A stretch of 63,896 nucleotides of DNA, the filler included, from Octopus bimaculoides (Eukaryota), in NCBI RefSeq assembly GCF_001194135.2. It is 5 parts of 5 records of this genome, joined end to end, with 100 filler letters (N's around TTAATTAATTAA, not from the genome) between each part and the next. Parts side by side here need not be neighbours in the genome. Positions count along the whole stretch, not along the records: positions 60,550 to 62,240 come from NW_026396946.1; positions 62,341 to 63,896 come from NC_068992.1; 3 more parts are not named here. One strand, given 5' to 3'. Of the stretch, positions 61,315 through 63,896 are shown piece after piece. The stretch's first letter is position 1, and every line of letters begins with the position of its first letter. The translations under genes were made by a program, and so were the position numbers. The notes below the pieces were generated by a model, which saw only the letters and a list, made by a program, of their open reading frames with translations, did not search any database and was not told the DNA's origin.

Positions 61315-61570
61315 TATTAACCTGATTATCGGATGGTGTTACACACCGCTGATCACAATGTGCTTCGCTTTGTTTTAGCTTTCGAATAGATACCATCCCG
61401 CTGGCTAAGCATGCCAACATTCCCCTTGAACAAAACGTCAGCCTCGTAATGGCTGAGTGAACTGGAGGTATGCAAAATGAAATTTTTGCCAAGAATACAA
61501 CGCACAACCGATATGGGAATCGACACCACGTCCTCACGATCATGAGTGCGATACCTTAACTATTACACCA
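61315..61570 (-). mobile_element. Old tRNA-derived SINE (related copy at about 49740-49970)
   Basis: Shares gatg(g/c)tgtt(a)..acac..ct(g/a)gtcacaatg; a B-box-like gtgtcgattccc is present on the minus strand. Confidence 0.6.
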
Positions 61571-63774
61571 ATCAATTTAATCCTTGGTAGTAGCGTTCCG
61601 CTAATGAATTTTGCCTCCACCAATATACGTATATATTCAATTCTTTTGTATGCATGTATGTATGTATGTATGTATGTATGTATGTATATGTAGAGAGAGA
61701 GAGACAGAGAGACAGACAGACAGACACATAGAGAGAGCCAGATAGATAGAGCCAGACAGATAAATAGACAGACAGGCAGACAGGGAGGCAGACCGACAGA
61801 CATACATAGACAGGCAGACAGACAGACAGATGTATGTCGACAAAGAGAAAAACATGAAAGCGGCATTCACGTATGTACATTCACAGATTAGTTGGACCAA
61901 CAAGCATTACATTAGCACACACTTTGTAACCCGAGAACAGAAATAGCAAGAAAACATCTGATGCTACAGAGGTAAGAGGATTTCAGTATAAAACACCTAG
62001 ATGTGTCAACTGACGCAGATTCTGTATAGAATGAACACAGTAAACGTGACCTACGTCAAAAGCAGCTATCTGAAAATCTCTTCATGATACCACCTAATTG
62101 TAAACTAGAATGCACAATCTGTAGGAAGGATATGTTGGAAGACAGAAAATAAAAAAAGTTCCAATGATATGGTGGTGAGAGTATGGATTCATGAGAATGT
62201 GAAATAAAACTGGCTATATAAAAGCACAGAAAAATATGTANNNNNNNNNNNNNNNNNNNNNNNNNNNNNNNNNNNNNNNNNNNNTTAATTAATTAANNNN
62301 NNNNNNNNNNNNNNNNNNNNNNNNNNNNNNNNNNNNNNNNAAGAAAGAGAGGGTAAAGAGATAGCCTCAGTCTCGTCAAGTCATCTCGTGTTATTCTGTG
62401 CCTCTCCTGTGGATGCACAGCCTATTTAAGCGGTCAAAAACTTCATTGAGGTTACTGTACATCCACAGGTGTAACGCAGAATAGGAAAACCTGATTCAAG
62501 TCACAATAGAATATATCACATGTCTTCTTTCTTTTGTACTCTGGGCACAAGTCCTGAACTGTTGAAGGACGGGAGCTAATAGATTACATTGACCCCATTG
62601 TCAACTAAGCACTTTTAAGATATTAGAAACCACAAGTATATGGATAATAATTTCAAGCAGAAGTGAAATGTGCTTCGGAGGACCAAATAAATAGAAAAGT
62701 GAATGACAAATGGATAGAAACGATAGAGGGAAGAATGGGATGTATGGATTGAAAAAAATAGAGTGAAAATTAAAGATATTATTAGGCAAAACATCAGATA
62801 TTATTTGAAATAGCTGGTAGTGTGTTTTTCTCAATGTAAACACATGTAAACACGTTTTTATAGGTGTTGATAAGTGCGTGTTTGGAAAAAAAGGAAAAAC
62901 ATTTGTTCATCCGTACAAAGAGAACAAAAAGATTTGCCCTTATCATAAGGGAACGGTCTTGACAAAATCTTCCAATCTAAAGTAAATTGTTTATTACAGT
63001 CTTCGAGATGCCATATTAGTTTACAAGACCTGTAGTATTACGTTTACTGACAGATTTAAATGTAGAAATATGATTAGTTATGCGTTTTTATTTTATAATA
63101 GTTATAAAGCGAATCACTTTTACCGTTTAGAATATAATTATGTGAGGAGATAATATGTAGGAGATTATTAGTGTTGCAAAAACAAATTCTGATACGATGT
63201 GAATTAAGATTTTAATGGCACCGCAAATTTTGGGGGAATTTCCTTTCGACTGCATTATGAAATAAGTAAGGAAGATTATTTTAACTTGTTTACCGTATGG
63301 AATAACAAGCCAAACATATAGAATATGTATGTCTATATATATATGTACATATATGTATATATGCTCATCTATAATGTATTATGTAAGTGTCTGATCGGCG
63401 AGATTGATTATGCGATAAACTTGTGTTCAAACACAGCTTTCAAGATGCAAATTATTCGAGTGTTGAATTAAAAACAAATGGAGAAAATTTATTGATTTCA
63501 TGTTTGTTGCCATAATTATCAAGATGCTGTTGCATGGTTGAAATATCTGTACTATGACTTCATATCGAGGAACATATCGGTTGGAACGTAATCACTACTT
63601 AAATGAACAACGTTATACTTACTCAGGTAATGCTGGATGAATGCCGCATAAGATTCATTAAGTTTGTATTGTTTGCATAACTATTTTTACATATTACGTG
63701 CTACTGCTAGAAATTGGTTTCATTAGATTGTTTACGTTGTCTGAGTCAGATATGGTAATCTCCTATCTATCCCA

Positions 63775-63779
63775 TTTCT

Positions 63780-63857
<78 letters not shown>

Positions 63858-63890
63858 GTCTGTCTATCTATCTATCTAAATATATCTATT
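63775..63890. repeat. (TATC)n microsatellite
   Basis: Read directly from the sequence. Confidence 0.97.
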
Positions 63891-63896
63891 TATAAC

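Overview
This is AT-rich, gap-containing eukaryotic genomic DNA. Its repeat families match my recollection of octopus (cephalopod) DNA, which cannot be verified here. I see no intact protein-coding gene, rRNA, true tRNA or CRISPR array, and most ORFs in the six-frame track are microsatellite or N-gap artefacts. The window is a patchwork of decayed mobile elements: two Penelope-like (PLE) relics, a stack of R4/Dong-type RLE retrotransposons in (AAT)n arrays, RTE and NeSL/HERO-like fragments, two 5'-only LINE ORF1 fragments, Chapaev3-like, Tc1, maT (DD37D-type) and other DNA-transposon relics, and at least three tRNA-derived SINE families. The strongest unusual signal is an intact type-I hammerhead ribozyme on the minus strand (48750-48889) with a greatly extended stem II. 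It belongs to a non-coding, fold-back, (TA)n-associated repeat family whose other copies begin just downstream of the predicted self-cleavage site, which suggests a retrozyme-like non-autonomous PLE system. A 27-nt minus-strand microexon candidate with textbook splice signals (9546-9572) suggests that at least part of the window is intronic to a minus-strand host gene.
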